Positions 48,353 through 48,932 of a stretch of 48,932 bases of DNA are shown piece after piece. The translations under genes were made by a program, and so were the position numbers. The DNA comes from Deltaproteobacteria bacterium (lineage in GTDB: Bacteria > Desulfobacterota > Desulfobulbia > Desulfobulbales > VMSU01): positions 1-48,932 of the forward strand of contig JAJSAA010000179.1 in NCBI GenBank assembly GCA_024274995.1, written 5' to 3'. The notes beneath the pieces were generated by a model. The model worked only from the letters and a program-made list of their open reading frames with translations, had not been told where the DNA came from and searched no databases. Position 1 is the first letter of the stretch. The number at the start of each line of letters is the position of its first letter.

Positions 48353-48932
48353 AGGTAGATCTAAACCCGCCGACTGGACGGGCGGCTTCCCGCGCCGGTG
48401 GATACCGGGCCGTCTGGGAGTTTTATTGGCCGGTCTGTTGTGCCTGATCAGCCTGAGTGGTTGTTTTCATTTCGATCCCCTGGTTAAACACAAGATATTG
48501 ACCACTGTCTTTGACGGAGTACCGGATTTACCAAGCCTTGATGAATTATGCCGGGATAATCTGAACAGTTTATTTAATAAATATTATGAGCAGAAAATAG
48601 CGGAAGCTGCGGCTGGCAATTGGGAAGAAAAGAAAATCAAAAAGCAGGAAACTCGCTCCACCCACCGGCCCTGGAGGGAAAAAAACTGCCTGGCCTGTCA
48701 TGATTTTAAAGCGGATAACAAGTTGCGGCTGCCCAAAAATAAAATCTGTTATCTCTGCCATAAAAATTTTATTCAGGGTAAATACGTCCATGGCCCGGTG
48801 GCGGTTGGGGCCTGTCTGGCCTGTCACAACCCGCATTCAACCGGCCACCTATACCTCTTGCGCCGCAGCCTGAAGACTATCTGTTATAAATGCCATGTGG
48901 AGAAAAGACAGGCCTTTCAGATGCACAAAAAA
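48327..48932 (+). CDS. Lipoprotein multiheme cytochrome c, truncated by the window end (not in ORF track)
   Basis: Open frame from the ATG at 48327: ...LLAGLLCLISLSGC (lipobox) FHFDPLVKHKILTTVFDGVP...CLACH...CYLCH...CLACH...CYKCH; overlaps the upstream stop. Confidence 0.9.
   Translation, partial: MLTTKATNKGRSKPADWTGGFPRRWIPGRLGVLLAGLLCLISLSGCFHFDPLVKHKILTTVFDGVPDLPSLDELCRDNLNSLFNKYYEQKIAEAAAGNWEEKKIKKQETRSTHRPWREKNCLACHDFKADNKLRLPKNKICYLCHKNFIQGKYVHGPVAVGACLACHNPHSTGHLYLLRRSLKTICYKCHVEKRQAFQMHKK

Noticed and set aside
30163-48932. Cable-bacterium conductive-fibre machinery
   Set aside because: Nothing in the window identifies the host as a cable bacterium; the components are heme-cytochrome type.

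Overview
Bacterial chromosomal window, probably from a Desulfobacterota (Desulfobulbales-like) organism; this is inferred from gene content only. Positions 1-30,000 are mostly housekeeping genes: glnK-amtB with a sigma-54 promoter, guaB-guaA followed by a three-gene signalling module, ppx, a YciO/Sua5 protein, rpsA-sppA-ihfB, pcnB, bioB, rpmB, rel, proS and ispG. They are interspersed with non-autonomous repeats: IS66-like GTAAC-ended mini-elements, a MITE with a 7-bp target duplication and a REP hairpin. At the left end, 56-bp inverted repeats bracket an ArsR gene and a candidate selenoprotein missed by the ORF track (in-frame TGA, U-x3-C, SECIS-like hairpin, C-terminal winged helix). Positions 30,163-48,932 form an extracellular electron transfer locus. 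Its centre is an apparently monocistronic OmcE-like tetraheme cytochrome (candidate nanowire subunit) with its own sigma-54 promoter, flanked by two TPR-GT41 glycosyltransferases. A divergent operon encodes two NHL lipoproteins, a beta-barrel with an in-frame TAG before its terminal strand, a SurA/PpiC chaperone and a 12-heme cytochrome with an N-terminal OmcE-like module. The locus also has 12-heme, SPOR/15-heme and lipoprotein cytochromes and an NtrC-family activator. No rRNA, tRNA, CRISPR array or transposase was recognised.
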